From the NCBI GenBank assembly GCA_964016885.1, contig OZ024740.1, positions 187,860,001 through 187,924,000 of the forward strand: DNA of 64,000 nt. The letters run 5' to 3'. Below, piece after piece: positions 32,660 to 45,011 of this stretch. The notes beneath the pieces were generated by a model that made no database searches, was not told the origin of the DNA, and worked only from the letters and a program-made list of their open reading frames with translations. Source of the DNA: Eledone cirrhosa (Eukaryota). Numbering within the stretch: position 1 is the first letter of the stretch; each line of letters starts with the position of its first letter. The position numbers and the translations under genes were made by a program.

Positions 32660-33289
32660 GGGATACATGATATGAAGCTTAAAAAGCACTTGTGAGCAGT
32701 GAAGTTTTAAATCAACATATCTTTTGATCTTATATTATTTATACTCCAGTCCTACAAACTGTAGAGTGCTACTTATCCAATATTTGCATTGCTTTATTGT
32801 GCTACAATAAAACTCACCTCCTACATTATATATATATATATAAACGTTTGAATTTGTAAAGCCAAACAATGCAGGTATGGGCATAGAATAAAAAATGCAA
32901 ATGCAAAAGATATTGTTGACAATTAGTCTTTTACCTTAGATTTATTTAAATGTCCTTAATTTTCGAGATAATATCTCTTCTTTGGAGGGGAGTAAAGCCG
33001 TTAAACCAGTGTTCTAAATGGCTTGCCAAGTCATGCTGACAGGAAATGGTATAGAGTATCTGTTCTATCTCTAATGTCAAAGAGTTAAGGTTAGGTGGAT
33101 AAAGAGTAGTCTCCGTTTAAAAGGTTTTTTTTTGTACATGTCTGTTTAAGTGTGTGGGAGAATGCGTGAATGTGTAAGTGTGTGTGTCTGTGTGAGTGTG
33201 AGAAGATATGTCTATACGTAAATGTGGGGGATAGATGTTCTCTCGTGTTAGAACTGGTCTCTTTGTGTGTATGTGTGTGTGTGAGAGAG

Positions 33290-34900
33290 AATAAGGGAAA
33301 GGTGGAGAGTAGAGGCTTGAGGACCTGGGAGAGGAGCCAGGAGATTTTGTATATGGGTCCTACTATGCTAGAGCCGATGGGTCTTATTTGTGTCTTAGTA
33401 CTGTTCTTGTGGGTCGTGATGAGGTGGTAGAAAGTGGGCAGTCTGCTATTTCTAGTGGTGTAGTTGAGCTTAACTTTATTTGGGAGTTGTCTTCTCCTAC
33501 AGATGTCGGACCAGATGGAGTTGTCTGTTTTTCGATTTGGGCTGCAGTCATGTCCGGGATCTCTGTATATAGTCCATTGTCGCTTAGGTGTTCAAAGGCT
33601 ATGTTGATGTATGTGACTTGAGAGATGACGCAAAACTCTTTACCTTTGTCGGATGGCAAGTATATAAGTTCCCTATTCCGTAGGTTCTTCAGGGCGAGTT
33701 GTTGTGTCCTTGTTGTGTCCTATTAATTAATAGGGGGCCGCTTCTAATAATATTAAAGGTTTCAACTACACATAAATTGCAAACGCGAGTGCTGCCGTTA
33801 TAAGGTTGGGCTGAGCAAATTATGGACCAGGATAAGGAGTGCTCTATATTCTGATGTTTAAGCTCCCAGATTAATTCAGAAAGCGCCGTGCTATTTTTTA
33901 AATCTAATCTATTAAAGGTATGGCGGTGATTATACCATCTATCCTTAAATTCAGTGGCAGTTGCCCCAACATACCTGAAGGTACTATCAGGAGTGGAGAC
34001 CTTACAGTCGTAGACTATGTTTTTGGTGAGGCATTTCCCAGCCATAGGGCAGGTGGCGGTGCTCCTGCAGTTACATTTTTTGTTATCGACCTGGGTAGTT
34101 CCAGATGAAACCACGGTACCTTTGGGGTCGGGTCTCAATTCCTGTCTGCTCTATGGGTAAGTTCCCTGGGGTTGGGGAGACCCGACTCGCCTCACGTGTA
34201 TGAGTCCGTTCCTCCATAGAGCTGCCATTATTACTGCCATGTCTAATTCCCCCTTGGGCTGTCCTAAGTCTACTATAAGTCATTTTAGCTATATTCTGAG
34301 CTATGTTACTAGTTGTGGAGTAGGACAGCTTGATGGTATTCCTATTGAATATTTTATAGTATCTGTGTGATCTAGGGAAGCATTTGTCTAAGGCCCTAAA
34401 GAAAAGCTTAGCTATACTAGTGGTCAGGCCAGTGAAGTAAGGGGGTTACACCACAGGATTTTTCTGGTCCGATGCCTCTTGTTCTTACTAACTATATTAG
34501 TGATACCTGTCTCCTTAGTAGCTACTGGTCTATTATAACTGAAAATTGCCTGTGGGTCGATTGTGTCCTGGGGTGTCACGATTGTGTTCTGAATCGTCCC
34601 AAGTCCCAGGGGCGGTGTACCCCCCGTTCAGCCATTGGTATTACCATCGATAACCGGGATTAAATTCACTATGCGTCTGCTACACCTATCCCTATTCCCT
34701 TTACTCGACCCTCGTTCCATATTACGTTCAACGGTTGTTTTACCATTAAGGTTACAATTAGAGTTTCCGCTGGTGTTACGGTGCTCAGACCCCGTGTTAG
34801 TACCTGGGTGGTTGTTTCCATTGGTACCATCAACATTGGGACTAGGAGGCAATACAACATGAAGTCTATATAAATCCTCACTTGTATCACGCCTGCTGTT
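33290..34900 (-). mobile_element. Composite Penelope-like element remnant: RT C-terminus plus GIY-YIG, then an RT N-terminal fragment
   Basis: PPYFTGL..FFRALDKCFP..KIFNRNTIKLSYS (~34270-34450), then CNCR..CP..GKC..NIVY..YVGAT..FKDRWYNH..CNLC (33689-34138), then PSDKGKEFCV..LPTFYHL..RPIGSSIVGPIYKISWLLSQVLKPLL (33290-33690). Confidence 0.88.
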
Positions 34901-34960
34901 ATCTAACGTGTCACTATTTTGGCCTAAGCTATCTCCCTCATATCAAGAATTTAAGACAAT

Positions 34961-35049
34961 TCATTTTCACCTGATGAGGTCAGTGATAATTGATCATGGC
35001 TTTACGATCGACCTATCTCTTATTGAAACATGTGTCGTGATTAAAATGA
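34961..35049 (+). ncRNA. Type I hammerhead ribozyme in an inverted PLE pseudo-LTR
   Basis: TCATTTTCAC-CTGATGA-[GGTCAGTGATA..TATCTCTTATT, eroded long stem II]-GAAAC-ATGT-GTC-GTGATTAAAATGA. GUC site at 35036. Confidence 0.75.
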
Positions 35050-35593
35050 TTGAAATTTTACCTTGCCTTCAGATTATCATTTTGATATATATATCGAATG
35101 TAGAAAAGTAACACATGAGTTGATATATATAAAAACAAATAGTAGAAAGGAAAATTATTTTTTCAGTAGAAAATGCTGAAGAGATCTTTCAGTGTAATAT
35201 CAAAACATTTATTTATTTTTTTATATATTTATAAAGAGGATATTTCTGAATTTATTAATGGTACCAGTTTCAGCATTATATGCATTGTCAACTGCTGATA
35301 TTCATAATATGATTAAGTTCCATATTTATACAAATAATAATAATAAAAAATGGAAGAAAAAGGAAATGGCAGATGGGTATACGGTGCTGATGATAGCTAA
35401 CAAGCTTGAAACTAATACATCGTTCCTGTGTCAGTGTTAAACAAAAAGGTGACGCGGTTGCCTTAACACCGTACATAATAAAAATTCAGGCTGTTCAGTT
35501 TGTTTACAAACGAACAAAGCGGCGTTATAATAAGCGTCCGCTAAACTGATACGTGCATATATGTATGTGTACATGTATGTATATATATATATG

Positions 35594-35683
<90 letters not shown>

Positions 35684-36757
35684 TGCTACTGTACGTCTGT
35701 ATACATATATGTATGTACGTATACACACATACTTACATTTAAGTAAGTGCCGTACTAAGAGTGAGAAATGAAATTTCGTTTTCATTTTATTTCAACTCAT
35801 GTATACATCTCCCTCTCTCTATATATATATACATACATTGTGTGTGTGCTGATAAACTGGTATTCCAGAAGCGAGGATCATTTATCACATTTTCTTTCTA
35901 CTTTATTAATTTTGAAATAATTTCTTTTTTCTGTTATTGTTTTAGATTAAATACTTTATTTGTTGCTGTTACTAACAGTCAGTATTTATTGAACACAAAG
36001 AGCAAAACCGTTTATTATAAAACTTTTATCTTGAGACATTTAAGTGTCAGGTTAAAGTCTGGAAATAGTTTTCAGGGTGTATCAATCTGAACTTTAATGA
36101 CAATTATCTCTGACAAGAGAAAAACAAATTGCAGAAGATAAAGTCAATTGGATCTTTTCTAATCTTCAAAAACAAAAGGTTTTTCATTAGTATTTTTCTT
36201 CTATACTTTTACAATGAGATGTAAAAGCAAAGTAAAATAACATACCTGAATGTGAACTTTATTAAGTAACTCCTTTTCTTATTTGTTACATAGAGCAATA
36301 TTGACCTATAAGTAGTTTTGCTCACTGACAAATATTGAGCTTGGAAAACTAAATATATATATGTAGATAACATAATTTCCTTGCAGTATTTTTTCTCTTG
36401 AGTGTTGTTTCTTTATAGATAGAATAGGCAATAACAAAACTTGAGTTGATCATTCAATTCAATAAAACAGTTGTTTATAATTGTTTTCTTTTTCTTCACA
36501 ATTTTATATCATAGGTGGAAAAAATAATGTGGCAAGCAGCTTTCCTAAGTTACTACCAGTATATAATAAGAATACATTTCTGGCATAGTAATGCCTTTTC
36601 AGTTGTAATTAATGCAATAACAAAAATAACATGTATTATTAACAAATGATGAAGCAGTGTTATTTCAGTTTCCATTCATATAAGTAGATCAAACTAATTG
36701 CATTGCAATGAACATTATAGCGCACATAGAAATTTAGTTACATGTTTGGTTTGGTCA

Positions 36758-37007
36758 TTTTACATATCCTGCCAGGAGTTGCAACTGGTAGATTGTATCA
36801 GCAATAGAAAATACAGTGGAAACATTGTTTCGTTTGTCAGATTTGATGAGGTCCACCCAACGTGGTAAGGAAATGAGGTTCTCATACCTCATTTCCTTAC
36901 CACGTTGGGTGGACCTCATCAAATCTGACAAACGAAACAATGTTTCCACTGTATGTTCTATTGCTGATACAATCTACCAGTTGCAACTCCTGGCAGGATA
37001 TGTAAAA
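36758..37007. repeat. Near-perfect palindrome (122-bp arms, 6-bp spacer)
   Basis: 36758-36879 is the reverse complement of 36886-37007, with one mismatch seen. Confidence 0.97.
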
Positions 37008-38309
37008 CGTGGTAAGGAAATGAGGTTCTGAATATGTACATATAAACAGAATTATGCTGACATTTTAGTATACATTGGAGCTGAATTATTTTAGTCATAA
37101 TTTCAACAATGCTAATTTGTATTCATAATTATTACATCATAAACTTGCAGGCTGGAAATGAAGGGGTTTAAGGGAGAGTAAAGTAAGACAAACCAAATAA
37201 AACAATATTTTTCACTTTTATCTTATATTACATTATATTTCAAGGTTAAAACTTCTTTCTATATTTAATGATTTTTTGAACAGAGATAATGTATGGTAGA
37301 GAGGACTATTCAGACTTGATGTGTCAATGACAACCTCTCTAATGCTAGTGACACAAGAAAATGCATCCAATATATTTTCTAAAGTAGCAATGCTGGTGCC
37401 ATAATGAAATGCACCCAGAAATGTCATACCATATCCAACACATGCCAGCATTATCATGATGATAGAATATGATAGTTTCCTTCATAGTACATTTCATATA
37501 TTGTATTGCTGTTGTATTTGCAGTAAATCACTCAAAGATCATCATATCTTCCATATGCTATGTAGTGTTAATGTCCAATCTAGGGATTTCTCATTCCTAT
37601 TGGAGAAACCACTCCCTAGTTGAACTCTACCACTTTGTTTGGTTTCGGTCATGTCAGGGGTGTAACCGTACTTGGTAATTTGCGTGCTGGTGAGGCTATT
37701 TAACCCATACTGAAGGTGGATAGCCATTGACTCTGAGGAGTTCATTCATCCTTTTAACAGCTCCTATTTTTGTGCTGCTGGAGTTCCACTTACCCACCTA
37801 ATCAGACCAAGATCTGGTGAGGGAGTAGGTTTAGTTGTACTGGGTTACATGGTAACAGTAAGAGGCAGAAGCCTGACCTGACAGAAGTGTTAATATAGTA
37901 TTGAATAATTATGTTGCATTCCTTCTAAATACGATTCAACTTTTACTATATCAAAATGAAATGAAAATAGAACTGATATGAAACAGTTTTGTTCCTTTCA
38001 TCCTTTCAAATAATAACCTGTGAGGAAATATAACTCTTTATTAAGTTATTTACTCTTTTATTGACATCCTTCATTAAACTCAAGCCATACTGAGGCGATG
38101 TTAATGATCGATGCATATCTTGTATTTTTTCAATATTTCTTTCTAGCAGAGAAGATATCAAATTCAGTGTCTTTCTCAGTACTGTGGAGCTTAGGACAGA
38201 AGAAATCATGTATTACAAATAAAAATGTCTGAGTTTAGTCTATTTGTAATTAATAATCTATATTCTCTTCATATAACTTTAGAATTCAAGGTTTATTATT
38301 CTTGCATGC

Positions 38310-38545
38310 AGGTCCAGATTTGTCAGGGAGGGGTGTGGGCAAATGTCCAGAGCAGCCCTTGTTAAACAGGGTCCCCTCTAGGAACATCAACCCATTCACT
38401 CCAAACAGGAACCATTTTTGAAGAGGGCCCATGCTAACATTTAATAACAGAGCTAGAATGGGGCCTTAAAGTATTTATTGTTATATGAGGTGCTCACCAA
38501 CTATGAGCTGCCACAGGCTCCAAATGTCTAACTATGGCTCTGCCT
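38310..38545. mobile_element. Possible decayed MITE (hAT-like ends)
   Basis: GC-rich island bounded by GCAGGTCCAGATTT and AACTATGGCTCTGC. A similar end, AAATCTGGCCCTGC, is at ~1055-1067. Confidence 0.3.
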
Positions 38546-40032
38546 ACATGTTTATTTCTTCTTGGTTGATTTAAAATGTCAGCTTTTGTGATGAAGCAAG
38601 ATTCATGAATATTATGCACAATTATCACGCATTGAAATCTTTTTTCTTTTTATATGCTATATTATTTGTTTTATTCCCATTATACTATCTCTTGTCTTTA
38701 TTGCAACTGATAACCAGCTTTTACCATCAAAGATACATTTTACTGAAGTGTAATTAATTATCACGTGAAACATAAACTTCAAAGATTGAATGGTTGATCA
38801 GGAATTATATTTTGGTTCTAATTTGAGTTTCCTTGGTGTTTTGTTATTTAATGACACATTGTAGATATGCGTTAGTGGTTATATACACATCTGAAAGGAT
38901 AATGAAATAAATATAGTATATGAATGTAGCTTTGGATAGTGAAATATTTAGAAATATCTCTTCAAACAATATTGAGTTTTGTAGGACAATTTAATTTTTA
39001 TACATTTCCTATATATATATATTAGCTTAAGTAATCATCTTCTTATTTTACAATGAAAAGTTAAATGACATTTAGTTGTTTCAGTAACTATACAGTGAAT
39101 CATTAAAAACATATCTGCACTTTCTTGACCTGATTCTTCAACAAATTACATAATATAAAAGGAAACTAAATAATGAAAAACTCACTGAACTGAAATACAT
39201 ATTTGATCCCAGCAGGTAATCAACATGTCTTCCTTTAAAATACATAATTAATTAGATTTCTCAACTGGTAGTTTCTACAGGTAGCATACAAAGTCCACAA
39301 ATACAGAGAAAATTATACATGACCAGTAGTAGCCAAAGTGCTGGAAATAGATGTATGGAGGCTAACAACATATGGAATGTGTTACTGATAGTGGATTTGT
39401 AATGGCAAAATGAAATAGGACCAAAATATAGAAATGTATGCAGAAAGGAATTGGCTAGATAATAAAACATAAGATTTGTGCTTTCTTTACTCCAAACTGT
39501 TTTATTGATTATGCAAGTGTTGATGACAATTTTGTTTTAATGATAGTGTTTCAAATTCATAGATTAGATTGATTTAAATAAAAATAAATCCATAGTAGCA
39601 TATTGGGTCAACATTTAGTTCATTAAAACTATTAGCAAAACGAAATAACTAAAGTAAATCAATTGCATAAATTTAGATAATTTGCATAAGTGATGAAGTA
39701 CAGAATGAGTTGGGCTACCAATTACCAGTGTATAGAAATTTGCTTCTAAGTTGGAGAAAGAAAATAAAAAAAATGGGCAATTAATAGCGACTTTTAAAAG
39801 GGTATTACTTGACGTATTCTGTGGTTTAAAATAATTCAGAAAAACTATTTTCATATTTTTGTTACCATATTCATTTTATTTGATAAATGACAATAATTTC
39901 TCATATTCAATTTGAAAGTTTCTTAAGTTTTCCACATACTTATAGTTACCACATATTTGTAATGATAGAATCATATAATGTTGAGAAATGTTCATTGCTA
40001 GGAGATAGCACTTCATTATAATATTTATATTT

Positions 40033-40222
40033 AGGGCGGTGGATTGGCAGTATCGGTAGAGGGTCGGACGCCATGCTTTCCAGCATAGTTACATCCCTTT
40101 ACGATCTGAGTTCAAATCCTGCCGAGGTTGACTTTACCTTTCATCCTTACGGGGTCGATAAAATAAAGTACCAGTAATGCACTGGGTAATTGCTGGCCTT
40201 GTGCCTAAAGTAGAAACAATTA
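40033..40222 (+). mobile_element. SINE, full length with TSD
   Basis: Flanked by ATTATAATATTTATA on both sides. Near-consensus copy. Confidence 0.92.
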
Positions 40223-41192
40223 TAATATTTATAAGATGCATAAAACCTTTCATTTCTAACACCAAAAAAGATTTCTTAGATACATTTCATTTACTAGTAT
40301 TTGCTTTTTGCTTAAAATATTTACTGCTAAAATAATTTTATTTTGTTTTTTAAAACCTGTCTCCATGGTTAAGTACACTTTTAAAATCAATAACCAATAT
40401 GTCCAGAAAGTTCCTAATATAATTTCGAGATTAATAATATTAAAGACAAGGCCCAAAATGACATGAATATATCAAATAATTTTATTTTAATTGTATTTGT
40501 TATAGATTTAGGTTTTATTTGAATGATACAACATTGTTTATAACCATGTTTCAATTTCTATAGCAAGTCTACATGAAAGATGAATGCTTAATGACAATAT
40601 CTAGATTCTATCTACATGACTGTTTAGATATTTTTTATGTATATCTGACAAAATCATGTGATTCTGTAAATACTTACATATTTGAAATTACCTTTTTATA
40701 TGACTAAATAAGTGAATTTAACTTCTGAAATTTTGGGGCAGATGCTACAGGCAGGAAACTAAATTTGTTAGTTCATTGTTTTGGCATAGAATATGTTTTT
40801 GCTTCAAGACAAATATGTCTCTAACTTTAAAATAACTAGGATATTCAGAAAATGTAGTTAAACATTGATATAGATATACATTATAACATTGATACAGAAA
40901 TATTATATAATCATAAATAGAGACAAAAATACACATACATATTAGTAACTTACAAAATACAAGAAAACGTTTATAATATGTTTGCCAGCATTGTCAAGTA
41001 TATATAAAGTATAAACAAGTATAATTATGTTTTCTTAAATTGAGGTTTCAATAACTAAATGTCAATTTTCGTAATTAGACAGAAATAGATAGATATTCCA
41101 GCTTGTAAACCTTTGTTGAAAACCCCCTGAAAATGATGAATATATTCTGTACAAACAGGTAATAAAATCTGCTTGTTTGAAAAATTGTAGAA

Positions 41193-41410
41193 CAGTGGAT
41201 TGGCAGTATCAGTAGGGCATCAGACAAAATGTTTTGCAGCATTTAGCTATCTATGGCCCTTTATGTTCTGATATCAAACCCCTTCGAGGTTAGCTTTACC
41301 TTTCATCCTTACAGAGTCGATACAATAAAGTACGAGTAATGCAATGGGGTTGGTTTAATTGACTTTCCCCTTCCACCAAATTTTTGGTTGTGTGCCTAAA
41401 TCAGAAACCA
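41193..41410 (+). mobile_element. SINE, long variant
   Basis: GTGGATTGGCAGTATCAGTAG head plus CCTTTCATCCTTAC core. Confidence 0.82.
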
Positions 41411-42002
41411 TGACATATTGAAGTTTCAATGACTAGATGTCAATATTTGTCAGTAGAGGGAAATAGATAGGCATTCAAGCTTGCCCCCTAATAAAAAAGG
41501 AAATGATGAAGTTATTCTGTACAAATGGAGCTAATAAAATCTGGTTGTATTATTTGAGAAATCATAGATAAGCTATTACATTTATCTGATAAAATCTCAT
41601 AGAGCTCTAAATCATACATTTAGAAAAAACTTCAAGAGAGTTTGGTCAGCTTTGAAATAATCAATCAACAAACTAAGCGGTCACTTTCAGTCATTAGAAA
41701 AGCTAGTAATACAATCGAGCATAAGTAGCACAATATAAGTAAATCATATAGTCCTGAAGTTGGATGATGTATGTACTAGTATTTCCTTTATAATTATCCA
41801 TAAATTCATAGGTGCCTGCTAAAAGATAAGATACAACAATTCCAGACATACAATGTACACTTTTGGTGTATTATTTACTGTCCAACTTACTGGTGTTAAA
41901 AAAAATTAACCCTTTGAACACTGGCCATGAAACTACCACCATGTATATGATCCTCAATCCTTCTCTGAAAAAGTGATATTCATCAATTAAACATTATATA
42001 TA

Positions 42003-42300
42003 TATTGTTATACTTGGGGAGGGTCATATTGTTGTAATAATATTGCCAGAATTAGTAACAGAACACACTCACTGTTCGATTGGTTTTCGCTTCTGTATCT
42101 TTTATATCAGTTAATTCATTCGGTCCTCAATGTTTACCATTAACTGACCAACGGTCAAAAATATAGATATAATATAGATACAAACATATATATATAGTCT
42201 AACAAAGTTCTTTCGTTGCACATCTGCAACATCGTCAGTGGTGCTATTATGTTTCCTCCTGTTGTATTGTATGTCTACGCCATTTTTATTTAATCTGTTT
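42003..42300 (-). mobile_element. Solo pseudo-LTR of the 6176-8727 PLE family, with hammerhead-like motif at 42203-42248
   Basis: Reverse complement aligns with 8360-8672 (roughly 85% by eye). The 46-nt HHR block is identical. Confidence 0.88.
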
Positions 42301-42350
42301 ATTTCATATAATTGATATTTCAGAGAGATACATATAATATATATATATAT

Positions 42351-43004
42351 ATGAAAAAATGGGGAGAAGAATACTGCAGGTTGCACATGGATAACATGTT
42401 ATAAAATGAGTCCCTCATCAGTGATTTGCCAACGATCATAGATATTTCATTGCATTAAAAATCATATACCTCACGTTGGTTCAATAATAACTAAATTAAG
42501 TTATTAGGACAATTAAAACGCGTAAAGCGAGTGAGACAAGTAAACAACAAAGAGGAAAGCTAACCGTAGATAGGAAGAGGCACAAGCTACATAGTTATGC
42601 TATCAGCATAAGCTGGGTGAATATATGAGCGCGTAGAAAATAGACCTTTCGAGATGAATCCAATGTAAGAAAGAAGGAAATTGTTTTCGTCGCGAACGGG
42701 GTGAAGTGAGAAGGGGAGAAACAGTGAGTGAGTGAGTGGAAGTGTGAGGAAGAGGTCAGTAGAGAGAAAGTGTTAACTGACATGACAGAGGGGGCGAAAG
42801 AAAGTAAGAGAAACAGAGAGAACGAGGGAGCAGTGAGAGAGAGAGAGAGAAAAACATAATCGCAGTTTAGGTAAATATATGTGAAAAAATGGGGAGAAGA
42901 ATACTGCAGGTTGCACATGGATAACATGTTATAAAATGAGTCCCTCATCAGTGATTTGCCAACGATCATAGATATTTCATTGCATTAAAAATCATATACC
43001 TCAC
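42351..43004. mobile_element. Small element with ~125-bp identical terminal direct repeats, inserted in (TA)n
   Basis: 42351-42474 equals ~42881-43004. The ~405-bp interior is non-coding and GA-rich. Confidence 0.75.
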
Positions 43005-44837
43005 ATATATATATATATATATTTCGTTTCTGAATTTGTTTAGCAAGATTCTTTATCTGAAAACATGTGTTGAAACCGATATTGTTATACTTTGGGAGGG
43101 TGCATGTGTTTCTTATTGGCAACATGACCCTGCCAAAGTATAACAATATATATATATATTATATGTATCTCTCTGAAATATCAATTATATGATTTTTATG
43201 GAGGTATGAAAGCTGGAAAGTAAAATGAAAATATGTTGTTTGATTCGAAACAGGAAATTCTTTGTATACTTTAGATCTATTTACAATTATTTGACAAGAT
43301 ATAGTAAAGCAGCACTGGAATGAAATATAGAATCATATTAACTGATACACAGATAGTGCTAGCTAGTAAACAGAAAATAATATTTGAATAAAATTTTTAG
43401 TGGGTTACAAAGTAGTAATACATGTGAGTTATATTTATAGATAAAGTTCAGCTATATTAGTATATGCAAGTATGACTGTAGTTAGAAATTTAGGGTTTGT
43501 TCTTACCGAGTGCCACTTGAGGAAAGTATCTTCAGTTGAGCAATACCTTATATATGGAACTGTTCAGAATTTTGTTTTGTGTATGCATATTTATAGTTGA
43601 CACAATCATGATGGATGTTTTGTTAAAATGACAACTTGTAAAAATATAGAATGATGAAATAATTAACTGGTGGAAGTAATACTAGGGTTTCCATTTTTGA
43701 TTGAAAATTGAAAGAACATTTTCATTTGAATATATGTCTAAATGTTTCCCATTAAAAATTCTGATTTTATAAATATTTCATTAGTAATCTTGTATTAAAA
43801 CATCCTTCACTATATTTGAAGAAAAATCAGTTTCAAGATATAAGAAATGAAATGTTAGAAAGCCTGTCTTAATACGTCCATGGATTTAAAGCAAAAATAT
43901 TAATAAAATTGATTTTAGAATATCTGAGCTATAGAATTACTTTCAGTTTTGAGATCAGACAATTACAGTATTTATTGTTGTTAAGAACTTTAAGGGATAC
44001 TGCAAGAAAGATAGTTGTCATGAGGCATTGACTTCAAGGCAGAAGCAATCTTTCATCCTTGAGAAGACAATGTGTTCAGTGGTTGCTTTCGATTAGGAAT
44101 TCAACTGATAACTTTTCATGCCCATTGGACCTTATTTAATTAGAAATATTCATATCTGGTAAGTTTAATTCATATCCATCAACTCAAGAAATATATTCTA
44201 CTATAAGTAGTTTTGATCAATGCCCTAAACTTTAGATCACACAAAAATGTGAATAGTTAAATATAAAATATATGACTGCTATCCAATTGGTAAAAATACT
44301 TTTCATGTGATAAGCTTTACTCATTCATTTGTGTGTGTCTGCAACAATGAAAATAAAACAAAAGGCAAAGATAGGTTCTTAATTAGTTCATTGTCTTACA
44401 ATCGTTTCAGATGGTTGATTGATAAATTGATATATTAGCTAATAGAGAGTGGTAATGCATCACCTTTTACTAGTCTTAATATCTATCTCACCATCTTCCT
44501 GAGAAATATATACATGGCCAATAGTTATAAAAAAAACCCAATATCATTGGTTGTTAAGATGAACGGGCACAGTTTTGATAGCTAATGATGGTACAGCAGA
44601 TCGAACATTGAAGTAGTGGGAAAAAAACAAAACAAAAACAAAACAAAAAACAAAACAAAACTTAGTTGAAATTCCATGGTAAGGATAAATATGTATAGAA
44701 TTAATTGTACAACATTTAAGTTAAACATTATGTCCCAAAGAGAGTCAGTTACATCTATGGGGAGGAAAATGAACTCAAAGTGAGGCTGAGAGAGGACAAT
44801 ATTAGTAGTAACTGTGACAAATAGAATATATAAGAAT

Positions 44838-45011
44838 TTACAAACCTGGAAGCATGGCCTATAATCAAAAGGTCTTAAAGTTAACTAGTCAAAAACCAAA
44901 GTCCTAGCATGTAGAAAGGAAGGCAGAGTGCAGATCTCCATCCTCAGGGAAATGGCCTTGTTCAGTGTTCAGAAAAGAAGTAGGTAGAAATTCCATCCTA
45001 TGTCCCAAATA
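44838..45011 (+). mobile_element. RTE internal fragment (RT/PHD junction)
   Basis: [40 protein letters not shown]. Confidence 0.85.

Noticed and set aside
36843-36886. Hammerhead-like TTGATGA..GAAATGAG-GTT-CTCATA at the palindrome apex
   Set aside because: Non-canonical core, poor stem II closure and no stem I partner. Explained by the fold-back junction.
36755-37031. Two mirror ORFs beginning METLFRLSDLMRSTQRGKEMR
   Set aside because: By-product of the palindrome
37233-38209. Minus-strand protein-like ORFs (37233-37457 and 38006-38209) as possible exons
   Set aside because: No recognisable homology and only mediocre splice signals. Cannot be supported without RNA data.
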